DNA from: an uncultured delta proteobacterium
GTDB lineage: Bacteria > Desulfobacterota > Desulfuromonadia > Geobacterales > Pseudopelobacteraceae
Assembly: GCA_963772835.1 (NCBI GenBank)
Contig: CAVYYZ010000018.1
Coordinates: 1-50,569, forward strand
Reading direction: 5' to 3'
DNA length: 50,569 nucleotides
Shown here: piece after piece, positions 9,069 to 19,121 of the stretch
How the letters are laid out: each line of letters starts with the position of its first letter
Position numbering within the stretch: the first letter of the stretch is position 1
Program-made: the position numbers and the translations under genes
Notes under the pieces: generated by a model
What the model saw: the letters and a program-made list of their open reading frames with translations, nothing else
What the model was told of the DNA's origin: nothing
Database searches by the model: none

Positions 9069-10259
9069 ATGCGAATAGCAAAAACATTGACTCGATACGC
9101 TAGTTTGCTCCCGCTTCTAACGCTTTGGTTCATGTCAGGATGCGTACAACTGCCGGATCAGCAGAAAAATGCGTGGCCTTGGGAATATGGCAGGGGGCAG
9201 GGCGAACCCAATATTCCTGATTATGTCTCATTCCGCGCAGGGATTGCCAATTTCGGTGAACCGCCACGGGCTGTTAAACCAGTAACTCCAGAGGCCATAG
9301 GTTCATCGACTCCCGAAGCACGGTCGGCTATCACGATATCACCAGCAACCAGAACCGGGGCATCCTCCGGGATGGGCGTAGAAGTAGACAAAGTCGTCGC
9401 AACTCCGGCCAAGGATTACGACTTCAGGGTGGGGGAGAAGAACTCTTTATCCGCTCTATTCCACCCGGTCAACACCTACAATGCAGGCAAAGTCATAACC
9501 GCGTTTAATAATGGTTGTGCCCCGGTGTCGGTAGTCATCAATATCGATAGCAGCATGTCACACAACACTTCGGCTAACAAGACCCTTCCCTATTATGCTG
9601 TCGTGCCGGCCAATACCGACAACTCCCTGGTGCAACTGTCACCTCTGCAAAGTGGTACGCCGATCAGTTTCCGCTACAGCTTTCAATGGACTATCGGGGA
9701 CTATACCGCACGCCACAATTGCATGGAACATTATCGGTTCCCGTTCGATAAGAAGATCCGGGCATATGCCCAGGTGAACGATGGGAAAGATTCCTCTCCC
9801 TACGCCCGCTATGCCGTCATCTTTTCTGTGCCGAAGGGAACAGCTGTCCTCGCTGCCCGTAAAGGCACGATAGTTCGTAGCGATCCGGACGGCAAGATTG
9901 ACATCCTGCACGAAGACGCCACAATCGGAACGTACAGCCACCTCGAAACCATTGCCGGGAACATGACTGTCGGGAAAACTGTGACAACCGAGGATGTCAT
10001 TGGCATCGCCGGCACAGCAGAAAACAACAGAGATGCGTACATGCAGTTAACAGTCTGGCGACCGGAGCCACGGGCTGGTACCTCTTTGTTGATCAGCACC
10101 CAACAGATAGGTTTTGATGCTGTGTCATTCCCGCTGCCATTCAGTGCCATGGCTTCTGAAAAAGGTAAAGTTCTGGTAGAAAGCCAAACGGTATCCAGAG
10201 GCAAATTGCCGACATTAAATAAGCAGTCAAAGAAAAAGCCAAAGGCGGCCAATCTTTGA
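9069..10259 (+). CDS. Lipoprotein with M23 peptidase-like domain
   Basis: MSGC lipobox; YRFPF, GTAVLAARKG, ILHEDATIGTYSHL. Confidence 0.7.
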   Translation: MRIAKTLTRYASLLPLLTLWFMSGCVQLPDQQKNAWPWEYGRGQGEPNIPDYVSFRAGIANFGEPPRAVKPVTPEAIGSSTPEARSAITISPATRTGASSGMGVEVDKVVATPAKDYDFRVGEKNSLSALFHPVNTYNAGKVITAFNNGCAPVSVVINIDSSMSHNTSANKTLPYYAVVPANTDNSLVQLSPLQSGTPISFRYSFQWTIGDYTARHNCMEHYRFPFDKKIRAYAQVNDGKDSSPYARYAVIFSVPKGTAVLAARKGTIVRSDPDGKIDILHEDATIGTYSHLETIAGNMTVGKTVTTEDVIGIAGTAENNRDAYMQLTVWRPEPRAGTSLLISTQQIGFDAVSFPLPFSAMASEKGKVLVESQTVSRGKLPTLNKQSKKKPKAANL

Positions 10260-10415
10260 AATGCAGCAACGGAAAGTGCCAGGTCTAAGCATTGACAAGA
10301 TACGGGAATTTCCAACGAAGAATATGGACACAGGCCGAACAAAGAAACCGGGCAGGCGGGTCATTTCCCGGGCCGTTAAGGAGCAAGACCTAAAAACCAG
10401 CTTGGAGGATAATTT

Positions 10416-10742
10416 ATGAAATGGATTTTTACTGTTTTTGCCATTGGAATAGCGTTTTCATCCGGGCATGCGTATGCCGACAACTTCCGCTGTCCCAATG
10501 ACAATATTGTCTCCACCGGAGACAGCATCTCCACTGTTGCGTCCAAATGTGATTACCCTGCCTTCATGTTCAAGCGAGAGGAGCCGATGATGATTGAAGA
10601 CAACAGAACAGACAGCAGGACAGGAACTAAAATCATCTATATTGAGGTGCAAGAGTGGACTTACAATCAGGGTTTATCACATACGTTGATATTCCGTAAC
10701 GGTATCTTTTCAGAGATCCGTTTTGGTGGCTTTGCCAATTGA
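10416..10742 (+). CDS. DUF2845-like exported protein
   Basis: GGAGG RBS, signal peptide, FRCPNDNIVSTGD...KC...QEWTYN. Confidence 0.75.
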   Translation: MKWIFTVFAIGIAFSSGHAYADNFRCPNDNIVSTGDSISTVASKCDYPAFMFKREEPMMIEDNRTDSRTGTKIIYIEVQEWTYNQGLSHTLIFRNGIFSEIRFGGFAN

Positions 10743-10753
10743 TGTAGAGAGTA

Positions 10754-10777
10754 AAAACAGGGACGCTTCCCTGTTTT
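10754..10777. terminator. Bidirectional terminator between convergent genes
   Basis: AAAACAGGGA-cgct-TCCCTGTTTT. Confidence 0.7.
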
Positions 10778-10822
10778 CCGGCTTAAAAAATCGGGGATTG
10801 TCCCTGTTTATTCCAATGACTG

Positions 10823-11767
10823 TCATAGTCCGTAATGCCGCAGCAGGAGGAGCAGCAGGGTGTAGCTGACCGCTGACGTCAGGGTCGAGAGCATAACGAT
10901 GGAAGCAGCAAGCTCTCCATCAGCCTTCATCTGGTGGGCCATGATGTAGGTAGCGGTTGCCGTGGGAGTGCCGGCCAGCAGAATTCCGATACCTAGATCG
11001 ACCCCCCGGACGCCAAAGGCAATCAAGAGCAAGCCAGCCACCAGCGGCATGCCGAGCAGTTTGAAGAGGGTGGCGATGCCGGCCGATTTGAGATCTCCCT
11101 TGAGGCGTTGTAATGAAAAGGAGCCGCCGATTGCTAACAGCGCCAGGGGGAGGGTTAAACCTGCGACAATGCCGAGACTGCTCTTGAGGATGATCGGCAC
11201 CGGCAGGCTGAAATAACTCCAGATGATCCCGGTGAATGAAGCGATAATTAAGGGGTTAAGCATGATCTCACGCAGCCAGTTTTGTTTTGGTCCATCTGAA
11301 TCGTTGTGTCGTTGCGGCCAGATCAGGGCGATGATGGCGAACAGATTCAGGACCGGCACCAGAAACCCCATCAGAATGCTGGCGCGCGTCAGCCCCGATT
11401 CACCGTAGGCATTCAGACAGATCGCCAGACCGACGAAGGCAAGATTGCCGCGAAAACTCCCCTGACTGAAACTGCCGAGACTTGCGGGCGGGTATTTACG
11501 CAGATGGCCGTAGGCGTAGCTGACAGCGAACAGGCAGACGATCGCCAGCGACGACCCGGCGACCAGAGGGCCGTTAAATTCGGTGACGAAATCGGCTTGC
11601 GATATCTTGTAAAACAGCAGGATCGGCAGAAAAACCAAATAGACCAGGCGATTGGTCTGGCGGGTGAAGGCATCGTCAAACAGCCCCATGCGTCGCAGCA
11701 GAAAGCCCAAAGCGATCACCAGGAAAACCGGCAGAACGATTCTGATTGTTTCAAAAAATAGTGCCAT
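10823..11767 (-). CDS. AEC (auxin efflux carrier) family transporter
   Basis: FRGNLAFVGL, LNPLII, PTATATYIMA; about 10 TM; GGAGG RBS. Confidence 0.88.
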   Translation of the reverse strand: MALFFETIRIVLPVFLVIALGFLLRRMGLFDDAFTRQTNRLVYLVFLPILLFYKISQADFVTEFNGPLVAGSSLAIVCLFAVSYAYGHLRKYPPASLGSFSQGSFRGNLAFVGLAICLNAYGESGLTRASILMGFLVPVLNLFAIIALIWPQRHNDSDGPKQNWLREIMLNPLIIASFTGIIWSYFSLPVPIILKSSLGIVAGLTLPLALLAIGGSFSLQRLKGDLKSAGIATLFKLLGMPLVAGLLLIAFGVRGVDLGIGILLAGTPTATATYIMAHQMKADGELAASIVMLSTLTSAVSYTLLLLLLRHYGL

Positions 11768-12268
11768 GCAACCTCCGTATGAAAGCGGAGAATAGCTCAA
11801 ATTACCTCCAGCGCCAATATAAACCCTGAAATCCTAAAGGATTTTAGACAAATAAGGATAAAAAAGGATAAAAATCGCTTTTTTAACTGGTTGGTACATA
11901 TGCCCGGTACTGGGTAGTGTTAACGTAATTTCGGAGGGATTTCTGAGGAGATGACGATATTTCAAGCGTCCCAGAGGGGTCAACTCTTGATACGGGACAA
12001 AAGTAACGTGAGTGCCCGGCAAGATAGAAGCACCGACCTCAAACCTCCACTGTTTCCCCGGCCGTTATGCAGAAAGCTTTCACCAGGCTTTCACTAATCT
12101 GGCTATAGTGAGGTAGATTTGAATGGCTTTTATTGGACTATTGAAGGCGTAAAAACGGAGTTAACTTTTTGGTATTACTGTGCCTTATCTAAAATATTAA
12201 GGTTGCACTTATAGAGATACCACCCTGTGAATGCCGGTGAATGGAAACAGGGAGATTCCGGATTGAAA

Positions 12269-12961
12269 CTACCCGGGATGCACCTTCAGGATGCCGGTAA
12301 TTTCGTGCTGCATATTTTTCGTATCAATATCCGCCCACCGCAGGAGTGAACCCCACGTTTTTACCCCGCTTTTAACTTCATGATAGATCTGCTGTGCCGG
12401 CTGTCCGGTCTTGACGGCGATAACGGCGGCAATAATCAATTCCTGGTTCGATGCTCCTGCCTGACGCAGTGCAGCCACCTCACCTTCCGACATCAAACGC
12501 TTGCGAACAAACAAATCATCCACCACAGCTTCTGCCAGCCGGGTCGTTGATGACTTTGCATTCAGGGCTGCTGTGAACCGAGTACCCAAGGCGTTCGCGC
12601 TAAGTCGTAGCGGCCCAATGACGTCTCTCCACTCACCCTTTTCACCCTTTGCCTGAAGCAGGGCATCGGGCGACGCCCCCGATTTGGAAGCGATCCAATA
12701 GGCGATCCACAGGTCGTCAGCAGCGGCCCCCTGCTGTTTTTTGAATACGATGGTTCTCTTGTCGACAGTAAAGGCGAGGGCAAAAAAACTGTTTTGCGTC
12801 GTGGCCAGAAAGTAAGGGTCGGCTGCCGCAGGCCGCGCCGTTTCATAGGAGCGGTCGGTGAAGCAATGACAGGTAATTGCAGGCACGGCCAGTGCCGGCA
12901 TCGGAAGCATGAGGAGAAAAAAAAGAGTGAAATGGAAGCTGCTGCAGGTTGTGTGTCGCAT
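12269..12961 (-). CDS. Hypothetical exported protein
   Basis: Signal peptide then PAITCHCFTDRSY; last gene of the ric unit. Confidence 0.7.
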   Translation of the reverse strand: MRHTTCSSFHFTLFFLLMLPMPALAVPAITCHCFTDRSYETARPAAADPYFLATTQNSFFALAFTVDKRTIVFKKQQGAAADDLWIAYWIASKSGASPDALLQAKGEKGEWRDVIGPLRLSANALGTRFTAALNAKSSTTRLAEAVVDDLFVRKRLMSEGEVAALRQAGASNQELIIAAVIAVKTGQPAQQIYHEVKSGVKTWGSLLRWADIDTKNMQHEITGILKVHPG

Positions 12962-13025
12962 AAAAATCCCTTGTTCCGGTTATAATACCTGTGTGGGCAG
13001 AAACGGTGGTGCGGCAGTAGTACTC

Positions 13026-13940
13026 CTACCACCACCGCCAGAGTGAAAGGATCAGGATGATAATGAAGACGATCGCCAGATTCATGTGTGCCATGAAGAA
13101 AAATACCCGTTCGTGCAGCGGCGTTTTTCGGGGGGCAGCGGCAAGAAACGCTCCTGTTGACGGCATTGCGGTCACTTTCTCCCGTCCGTGCGGCGCCAGT
13201 TTCAGCGCCTCTGTCAAGTCGTTACCGGCGTTGTGCCTCCCCATGTGAACCCCCTGTTTCCAGAGGCTGCTCTGAGTCGCATCATAGACTTTTCCCTCAA
13301 ACGCGAAACAGGCCGGTCGACCCTCTTTCCCGTCGAAAGAGGCCAGACTCTCACGGGTAAATTCACCTGTGGCGTCAGTCGGCGGCAACTCCTTCTTTCT
13401 TGCTTTGAGACGCGGTCCGATGACGGTGATGACGAACAGGGCAGAGAGTACCATGACCAGATAGAGGGAAATCTTGATGATCAGGAGGATACCAAAGCGG
13501 GTGTGAATGAGTGTGTCAAACGAGGTCACCCGATAGAAGGTCAAAAATGCACCGGTTATTCCCATGACGATCATCGAAATAATGCCGACTCTCAGCTCAC
13601 CGCGAGGAAGTCCGCCGACCGCATAGGCAGGCTTGAGAATAAGGTGCACATAGAGGATCGTACCGAACCAGAAAACGGCGGTCAGGAAGTGGATGAAGCC
13701 GATAGCCAGCCGGAGCCCTTTGGCGATGTTTGTCTTTCCGGGACTTTCTGTTGCGGCATGACGCGATCCGGCAAAGGATTTGCCGGCCGCAGTCAGTTCA
13801 CCACCACCGCCCGGGGCGAGATGGCAGACAGCACATGCCTGGCCGGTCTGCCCGGCATACTCCTCGGTCGCACTTACCGGGTGCGGCGGTAACAGCACGA
13901 ATAACGACAATAGAACAATTCCGGCGATGATCGTGCGCAT
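13026..13940 (-). CDS. Monoheme c + CopD-like membrane domain + cytochrome b5-like domain fusion
   Basis: CAVCH after the signal peptide; TM block IHFLTAVFWFG...LLIIKI; b5-like FDGKEGRP...GKVYDAT...HNAGNDLTEALKLAPHG. Confidence 0.8.
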   Translation of the reverse strand: MRTIIAGIVLLSLFVLLPPHPVSATEEYAGQTGQACAVCHLAPGGGGELTAAGKSFAGSRHAATESPGKTNIAKGLRLAIGFIHFLTAVFWFGTILYVHLILKPAYAVGGLPRGELRVGIISMIVMGITGAFLTFYRVTSFDTLIHTRFGILLIIKISLYLVMVLSALFVITVIGPRLKARKKELPPTDATGEFTRESLASFDGKEGRPACFAFEGKVYDATQSSLWKQGVHMGRHNAGNDLTEALKLAPHGREKVTAMPSTGAFLAAAPRKTPLHERVFFFMAHMNLAIVFIIILILSLWRWW

Positions 13941-14026
13941 ATTGGCCCCTTCCATCTTTAAAGAAGATTTCTTTATACCATCGTCCCGCGTGGTTCAGGC
14001 ACGTTAATTCAGTCTGTACGGTTGGC

Positions 14027-14740
14027 TCAGAGTTCTGACGCTTTCGGGAAGAGAATGTTGTTCTCCAGGTGAACATGCTTGTGGAGATCATCCTCGAACT
14101 CTTTGAGCATCCGGTACGTGACCATATAGGTAGTGCAGACTCCGTCCGGTAGTGCATATCCTCTGGAGAGATGTCTGACCGTGTGGACGGCGTCGCCAAT
14201 CTCTTCGTGCTCGCGATGGAGCGTGAGAAGTGATTGCCGGATCGTTTCCCGGTCGTGGGCATCCGGTGTAATGCCGGCTATTCTGGCCGCATCGACCCGC
14301 TTGATGGCAGGGAAAAACACCTCCTCCTCTTCTTTGAGGTGGATCGACATGTCGGATGCAACCTTGCTGAAGATGGCGGCGATCCGGATCACCTCGGGAT
14401 GGTGAGCGCCATGAACATCGGCTATCTTCCGTGCGTAGGCGGCAATCTGATCGTCGTTTTCCTTGAGATAGGTATGGTGGGTGTTAACGATATAGTCGGC
14501 GAGGAACGGCAGTGCCCACGATGAATAATTCTGACTACGATCAACCGGATCACCCTTCACCGCCTCAAGCTCCCCGGTAATTGCGGCAAGATCGAGCCCC
14601 TGTTTCGTACAGATTGCCGCGAGGGGAACAGTGCCGCCGCAGCAGAAATCGATGCCGTGATGTTCAAAAACCGCAGCGGTGCGGAAATCTGCAGCGACAA
14701 TCCCGCCAATGGTTGTGTTCCCTGTTGCTTTGTCCGACAT
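14027..14740 (-). CDS. ric: Iron-sulfur cluster repair di-iron protein
   Basis: IDFCCGG, HHTYL, HLKEEE, EHEE, HVHLENNILFPK; GGAGGA RBS. Confidence 0.93.
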   Translation of the reverse strand: MSDKATGNTTIGGIVAADFRTAAVFEHHGIDFCCGGTVPLAAICTKQGLDLAAITGELEAVKGDPVDRSQNYSSWALPFLADYIVNTHHTYLKENDDQIAAYARKIADVHGAHHPEVIRIAAIFSKVASDMSIHLKEEEEVFFPAIKRVDAARIAGITPDAHDRETIRQSLLTLHREHEEIGDAVHTVRHLSRGYALPDGVCTTYMVTYRMLKEFEDDLHKHVHLENNILFPKASEL

Positions 14741-14827
14741 GGTCTTCTCCTCCTGTGGATTATGCGGCAAGCGGCATTCACCGGTGCCTCTGTTACTCAA
14801 TAAGACACCTGATTATGGAAAAGAGCT

Positions 14828-14841
14828 TTGACTCACATCAA
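14828..14841. promoter_or_regulatory. Crp/Fnr-family (Fnr/Dnr/HcpR-like) box upstream of ric
   Basis: TTGACTCACATCAA, 9/10 match to TTGAT-N4-ATCAA, 88 bp upstream of the ric start. Confidence 0.7.
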
Positions 14842-14899
14842 GAATGACGACATCAATATAATCAAGGGGAAAAAGTGCCGGGATGAAACGAGGAGGATT

Positions 14900-15589
14900 C
14901 TACGGGAGACCCTGCCATACAAACCACCCACCCACCAGCGAGACAACCAATCCACTGACACGCCTGGCCCAGAGTGAAAAGTTGGCCACCCCGCGTGCCT
15001 TGACGAACCCTTCCACAAAACCGGTGAATGTTCCGGCGAAGAGCATCAGCAGACAATGTCCGACGGCGTAGCAGAAGAGCAGGGCGATGCCGTACAGTAC
15101 CTGACCTTTGCCGGCCACCAGAGTCAGCAGCACCACCAGAACCGGAGTGGCACAGGGTGAGGATACCACCCCGAAGAAGAGACCCAGCAGGAAGGCTCCG
15201 GCAATGCCGCCCCGTTTTGGTTTGAAATCCCGCTTTATTGGAAGGCGTATCTCATACAGCCCCATCAATTGACCACCCATGACCAGTGCAATTGCTCCGG
15301 CAATCAGGTACCACGGGCCTCCCAGGGTGCCGAACATGGTTCCCAGAAGTCCTGCTGCCGCACCGAAGGCGGTGAAGGTCAGGGAAAGTCCAAGAATGAA
15401 GACCAACGAATACCGGAAGGCTTTACCGCGATCGCCATCGCTGTAGCCACCCACGAAACCGACCACCAGCGGGATGGTGGCCAGCACACAGGGAGAAGCG
15501 GAAGAGACAACCCCGGCAAGAAAAACCGCGCCGAAAGCAATCAGTGGATAGAGCGTTATGATTTGTTCAATGTCATCCGGAAAACTCAT
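14900..15589 (-). CDS. ccdA: CcdA/DsbD-type transmembrane disulfide reductase
   Basis: SPCVLATIP and SPCATP Cys motifs, about 6 TM. Confidence 0.88.
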   Translation of the reverse strand: MSFPDDIEQIITLYPLIAFGAVFLAGVVSSASPCVLATIPLVVGFVGGYSDGDRGKAFRYSLVFILGLSLTFTAFGAAAGLLGTMFGTLGGPWYLIAGAIALVMGGQLMGLYEIRLPIKRDFKPKRGGIAGAFLLGLFFGVVSSPCATPVLVVLLTLVAGKGQVLYGIALLFCYAVGHCLLMLFAGTFTGFVEGFVKARGVANFSLWARRVSGLVVSLVGGWFVWQGLP

Positions 15590-15963
15590 TTGAGCCCTGC
15601 TGCCTTCAGCTCTTTTACGATTTCAGGCTTGTCCATAAAACCGATATGTCGCTTGACTTCTTTCCCTTTTGCATCAAAGAAAATCTGGGTCGGGATCATC
15701 TGGACGCGGAACTTTTCAGCGGCAGCCTGATCTCCATGGACATCGATGAAAAGGACACTGGCTCTCCCGCGATATTCTCCGGAAAGAGATTCCAGAATCG
15801 GCGCCATTTTTTTACAGGGGATACAGGTGCGGGCACCCAGGTCGATGACCGTCGGCTTACCGGAAGAGAGCGCCTGATTTATTACCGCTGCCGTTGCACC
15901 GGGAAGTTCGGCATGGGCGGTGGTTGCGAACAAGACAAACAAAAATGCCGAAAACAGCTTCAT
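15586..15963 (-). CDS. Exported thioredoxin
   Basis: Signal peptide, CIPC, MIPT cis-Pro loop. Confidence 0.88.
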   Translation of the reverse strand: MKLFSAFLFVLFATTAHAELPGATAAVINQALSSGKPTVIDLGARTCIPCKKMAPILESLSGEYRGRASVLFIDVHGDQAAAEKFRVQMIPTQIFFDAKGKEVKRHIGFMDKPEIVKELKAAGLK

Positions 15964-16190
15964 GGCAGCATTCCCATGATTTCGGCCGCCGAGGCAACCT
16001 TGCCGGAAAACTTTATCTGGCCGTCAATCACCAGTGCCGGGGTGCTCATGACTCCGTAGGCCATGATTTTAGGTATCTCTTCAACTTTGATAATTTCCGC
16101 ATTCTTGCCGCTTTCTTCCACCGCTTTCTTTACGTTTTCGTAGAGGGTCTTGCATTTTGAACAGCCGGTGCCCAACACTTCAATCTTCAT
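15960..16190 (-). CDS. Small redox-active disulfide protein (MTH895-like thioredoxin)
   Basis: MKIEVLGTGCSKC...YGVMSTPALVIDG. Confidence 0.9.
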   Translation of the reverse strand: MKIEVLGTGCSKCKTLYENVKKAVEESGKNAEIIKVEEIPKIMAYGVMSTPALVIDGQIKFSGKVASAAEIMGMLP

Positions 16191-16209
16191 GATTCATTCT
16201 CCTTTTTGA

Positions 16210-17139
16210 TTAGTGGTCATGCCCGCAACTGGCTGATTGCCGTTCAGAATGACTCATCTCCTTGATCAGCGGCCCGCCGCTGCAGCCGGAACAGTCAAAC
16301 TGGATCGTTGTGTGAGTGATATGATAGTGATGCTGCAATTCGTGTTCAATCGAATGTAAAAGTGTACTGCGAATCCCGTCATATGCCGGTTCGATTTCAA
16401 CATGTGCAGAGAGGGCGAGAATATGAGAACAGACCGCCCAGAGATTGAGATGGTGTACATCAAGCACACCTTCAATCCTACGGATGGACGCCGCAACCTG
16501 CTCGACGCTCAGGCCGCGCGGCACCCCCTCCATCAGGATATGGACCGCTTCGCGCAGCACCCGAAATGCTCCACCCAGTATCAACAGGCCGATGGCGATT
16601 GAAATGAGCGGATCTGCTTGATACCACCCGGTATAGCGCATCAGAACGGCACCGGCGATGACTCCCACCGAGGCGGCGGCGTCACCCAATACATGCAGGA
16701 ATGCACTTCTGACATTCAAATCATCGTTTGAATGGCCGTGCAGCCCCTTGGCCGCCAGCAGATTGGCAATCAGTCCCAGCACTGCGATGATCAGCATCGG
16801 AGTTGTCTGCACCGCTTCCGGTGCAATCAATCTCTTGCTCCCTTCATAGAGAATGCCGATCGCCATTATAAAGACAGTCAGGCCATTGATCAGTGACGCC
16901 AGCACCTCTGCCCGGTGCCAGCCGTAGGAGTGCCGCTCGCCGGGAGGATGGGCGGCCAGTCTGATCGCTCCCAGAGACAGCACCAACGCAAACAGGTCCA
17001 GGAAAACGTGCCCCGCATCGGAGAGGAGTGCAAGAGAGTTGGACCAGATGCCGCCGATGATCTCAGCCACCAGGGTGATTGCAGTCAAGGATATTGCGAA
17101 GATCAGTCGTCTTGATATGGTGGTGTCGATGGATGTCAT
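16210..17139 (-). CDS. CDF family Zn/Co/Cd efflux transporter (CzcD-like)
   Basis: SLALLSDAGH...D, HVLGD, HHLNLW, His-rich C-terminus; ATGA overlap with the upstream gene. Confidence 0.92.
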   Translation of the reverse strand: MTSIDTTISRRLIFAISLTAITLVAEIIGGIWSNSLALLSDAGHVFLDLFALVLSLGAIRLAAHPPGERHSYGWHRAEVLASLINGLTVFIMAIGILYEGSKRLIAPEAVQTTPMLIIAVLGLIANLLAAKGLHGHSNDDLNVRSAFLHVLGDAAASVGVIAGAVLMRYTGWYQADPLISIAIGLLILGGAFRVLREAVHILMEGVPRGLSVEQVAASIRRIEGVLDVHHLNLWAVCSHILALSAHVEIEPAYDGIRSTLLHSIEHELQHHYHITHTTIQFDCSGCSGGPLIKEMSHSERQSASCGHDH

Positions 17140-17783
17140 AACGTTTCCGCCCGGTTGGCGCTGCAGCAGCATGAACAATTCATTCCCTTCGCTTTCCCGA
17201 AAGCCTCACGCCCCTCCTTAAAAGTCAGCCAGGCAATAAAAACGGCCCCTATGGCATCCAGGCTGCCAAAGCCGGTCAACTCATACCCGACACTCGAAAG
17301 CATGAGGACAATCGATAGATAGACGCACGCTCGTGAACAGGCAGCATCTGCCAGAATTGCCGGTGAGTTGAGGGCGGTGCCCACTCTGGTTTTCTGGTGG
17401 ATCAAATACCACATAAAGGATATTGAAAGAAGTGAGATGACGATGCCCCATAGAGTGGTCTCCGGCGTGTGCCCTGAGTACAGATTCATACCGGCAGTCA
17501 GAAACAGTCCGATTGACAGGAGATAGAAGGCCGAACCGGTAATTCTGAGCGCCCGCTGTTCGAATTCGTCTCGTGTCTCTCCATCGTTTGATTTGATTCT
17601 GCGCAGCATGTGCCAGACACCGATTGCCGAAATTACTTCGATAAATGAATCCACGCCGAATCCGAACAAAGCCAGCGTTTCATCGGCGGTTCCCAGCCAC
17701 ACAGAGACACCGCCTTCAACCAGATTGTAGAAGATAGTGAAAAGTGCCAGGTAATTAGCTCGCGCGTAGAGTTTTGCATTCAT
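17136..17783 (-). CDS. Short CDF-like cation transporter with Cys-rich tail
   Basis: YNLVEG, GFGVDSFIE, LADA; tail CSCCCS. Confidence 0.8.
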   Translation of the reverse strand: MNAKLYARANYLALFTIFYNLVEGGVSVWLGTADETLALFGFGVDSFIEVISAIGVWHMLRRIKSNDGETRDEFEQRALRITGSAFYLLSIGLFLTAGMNLYSGHTPETTLWGIVISLLSISFMWYLIHQKTRVGTALNSPAILADAACSRACVYLSIVLMLSSVGYELTGFGSLDAIGAVFIAWLTFKEGREAFGKAKGMNCSCCCSANRAETL

Positions 17784-17793
17784 TTTGTGTCCT

Positions 17794-18741
17794 TCAGAGG
17801 ATTGCATTGAACAGATAGCCGACACAGATAATGGCTGTCGCCACTATCCCAAAGAATACCACCAAAAGGCGATTCTTCAGTACGTTCTTGAGAATAATAG
17901 CCTCCGGCAGCGATAGTGCCGTAACCGCCATCATAAATGCCAGTACGGTGCCGATCGCCATTCCTTTTTCCATCAGAGCATGGACAATGGGGATCACGCC
18001 GGCTGCGTTGGAGTAGAGCGGCACTCCCAGTGCGACAGCCACCGGTACGGCAAAGGGGTTGTTTGGCCCGGCCCAGCGCGCCAGAAAGTCCTGCGGCACG
18101 AAACCGTGGATGAAAGCCCCCAGCCCGACCCCGACCACCACATAGGGCCAGATCTTCTTCAGAAGCTCACGTGTATACCCGCAGGCATAGTCACACTTTT
18201 CACGAAAGGTCTGCTGTGCTATCTCAGCAGTGCCGACCTGCATCTTCCAGACGTAGTCCTGCACGTACTTCTCCATCTTCAGTTTGCCGATGACTATTCC
18301 GGCGACAATCGCCACCACCAGACCTGAACCGATGTAGATCAGGGCGATCTTCCAGCCGAACAGCCCCCAGAGCATAATCAGCGCAACTTCGTTTACCATT
18401 GGTGACGAAATCAGAAAGGAAAAGGTCACGCCCAGCGGCACTCCGGATTCAACAAACCCGATGAAGAGAGGCACTGCTGAGCAGGAACAGAAGGGAGTGA
18501 CTATTCCCAGAAGTGCTGCCAGTACATTGCCGACGTATTCCCGCTTGTGAGAGAGGAGTCGTTTGGTTTTTTCAGGTGGAAAGGATGAACGAATGATTGC
18601 CACGATGTAGATAATTGTTGTCAATAACAGGAAAATCTTCACTGTGTCATAAATAAAGAAATCAAGTGCCTCGCCCCAGTGGGAGCCGGGAACAAGCCCT
18701 ATTGTTGTGAACACTATGTAGTCGGCAAAACTTTTCAGCAT
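17794..18741 (-). CDS. arsP: ArsP/DUF318 family permease
   Basis: TPFCSCSAVP, ISSPMVNE, GVPLYSNAAG, ALSLPE; located in the ars cluster. Confidence 0.82.
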   Translation of the reverse strand: MLKSFADYIVFTTIGLVPGSHWGEALDFFIYDTVKIFLLLTTIIYIVAIIRSSFPPEKTKRLLSHKREYVGNVLAALLGIVTPFCSCSAVPLFIGFVESGVPLGVTFSFLISSPMVNEVALIMLWGLFGWKIALIYIGSGLVVAIVAGIVIGKLKMEKYVQDYVWKMQVGTAEIAQQTFREKCDYACGYTRELLKKIWPYVVVGVGLGAFIHGFVPQDFLARWAGPNNPFAVPVAVALGVPLYSNAAGVIPIVHALMEKGMAIGTVLAFMMAVTALSLPEAIILKNVLKNRLLVVFFGIVATAIICVGYLFNAIL

Positions 18742-18757
18742 GATATACTCCATGACC

Positions 18758-18777
18758 ATATGATCGTGCGCTCATAT
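18758..18777. promoter_or_regulatory. Putative ArsR-family operator (6-8-6 palindrome) upstream of arsP
   Basis: ATATGA-tcgtgcgc-TCATAT. Confidence 0.55.
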
Positions 18778-18793
18778 AAATGAGCAAAAAAAA

Positions 18794-19105
18794 CTATGCC
18801 GTTTGTAACAGGCTGTGACGACCGGTAATTTCCTGAGTCATGATCCGTGTTGCCAGATCGACAATCTCCAGAATCTCCGGATGTTTCAGTGCGTAGAAAA
18901 TTTTGACCCCTTCTTTGCGACGAAAGAGTATGCCGGACGAGACCATCATATTCAGATGGCGCGAAGTGTTGGACTGCTCCTCGCCAATGGCGGGGAATAT
19001 CTCGCAGACGCAGCGTTCGCCATCCTGCAAAAATGCAATGATTTTGAGTCGGGTTGGCTGGCCGAGGGTTTTCAGGATCTCGGCCTGGTAGTGAGTAACG
19101 TTCAT
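18794..19105 (-). CDS. arsR: ArsR/SmtB metalloregulator
   Basis: LGQPTRLKI, ERCVCEI, SNTSRHL. Confidence 0.88.
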   Translation of the reverse strand: MNVTHYQAEILKTLGQPTRLKIIAFLQDGERCVCEIFPAIGEEQSNTSRHLNMMVSSGILFRRKEGVKIFYALKHPEILEIVDLATRIMTQEITGRHSLLQTA

Positions 19106-19121
19106 GGCACGCTCCGGAATT

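Noticed and set aside
8290..10810. GGGACA/TGTCCC-type motifs at about 8295-8345 and 10755-10809 as REP-like elements
   Set aside because: Too few and too divergent to define a repeat family from this window alone.
11951..12097. 48-codon ORF preceded by GAGGAG in the 11.8-12.3 kb gap
   Set aside because: The SD abuts the ATG with no spacer and the peptide has no recognisable features.
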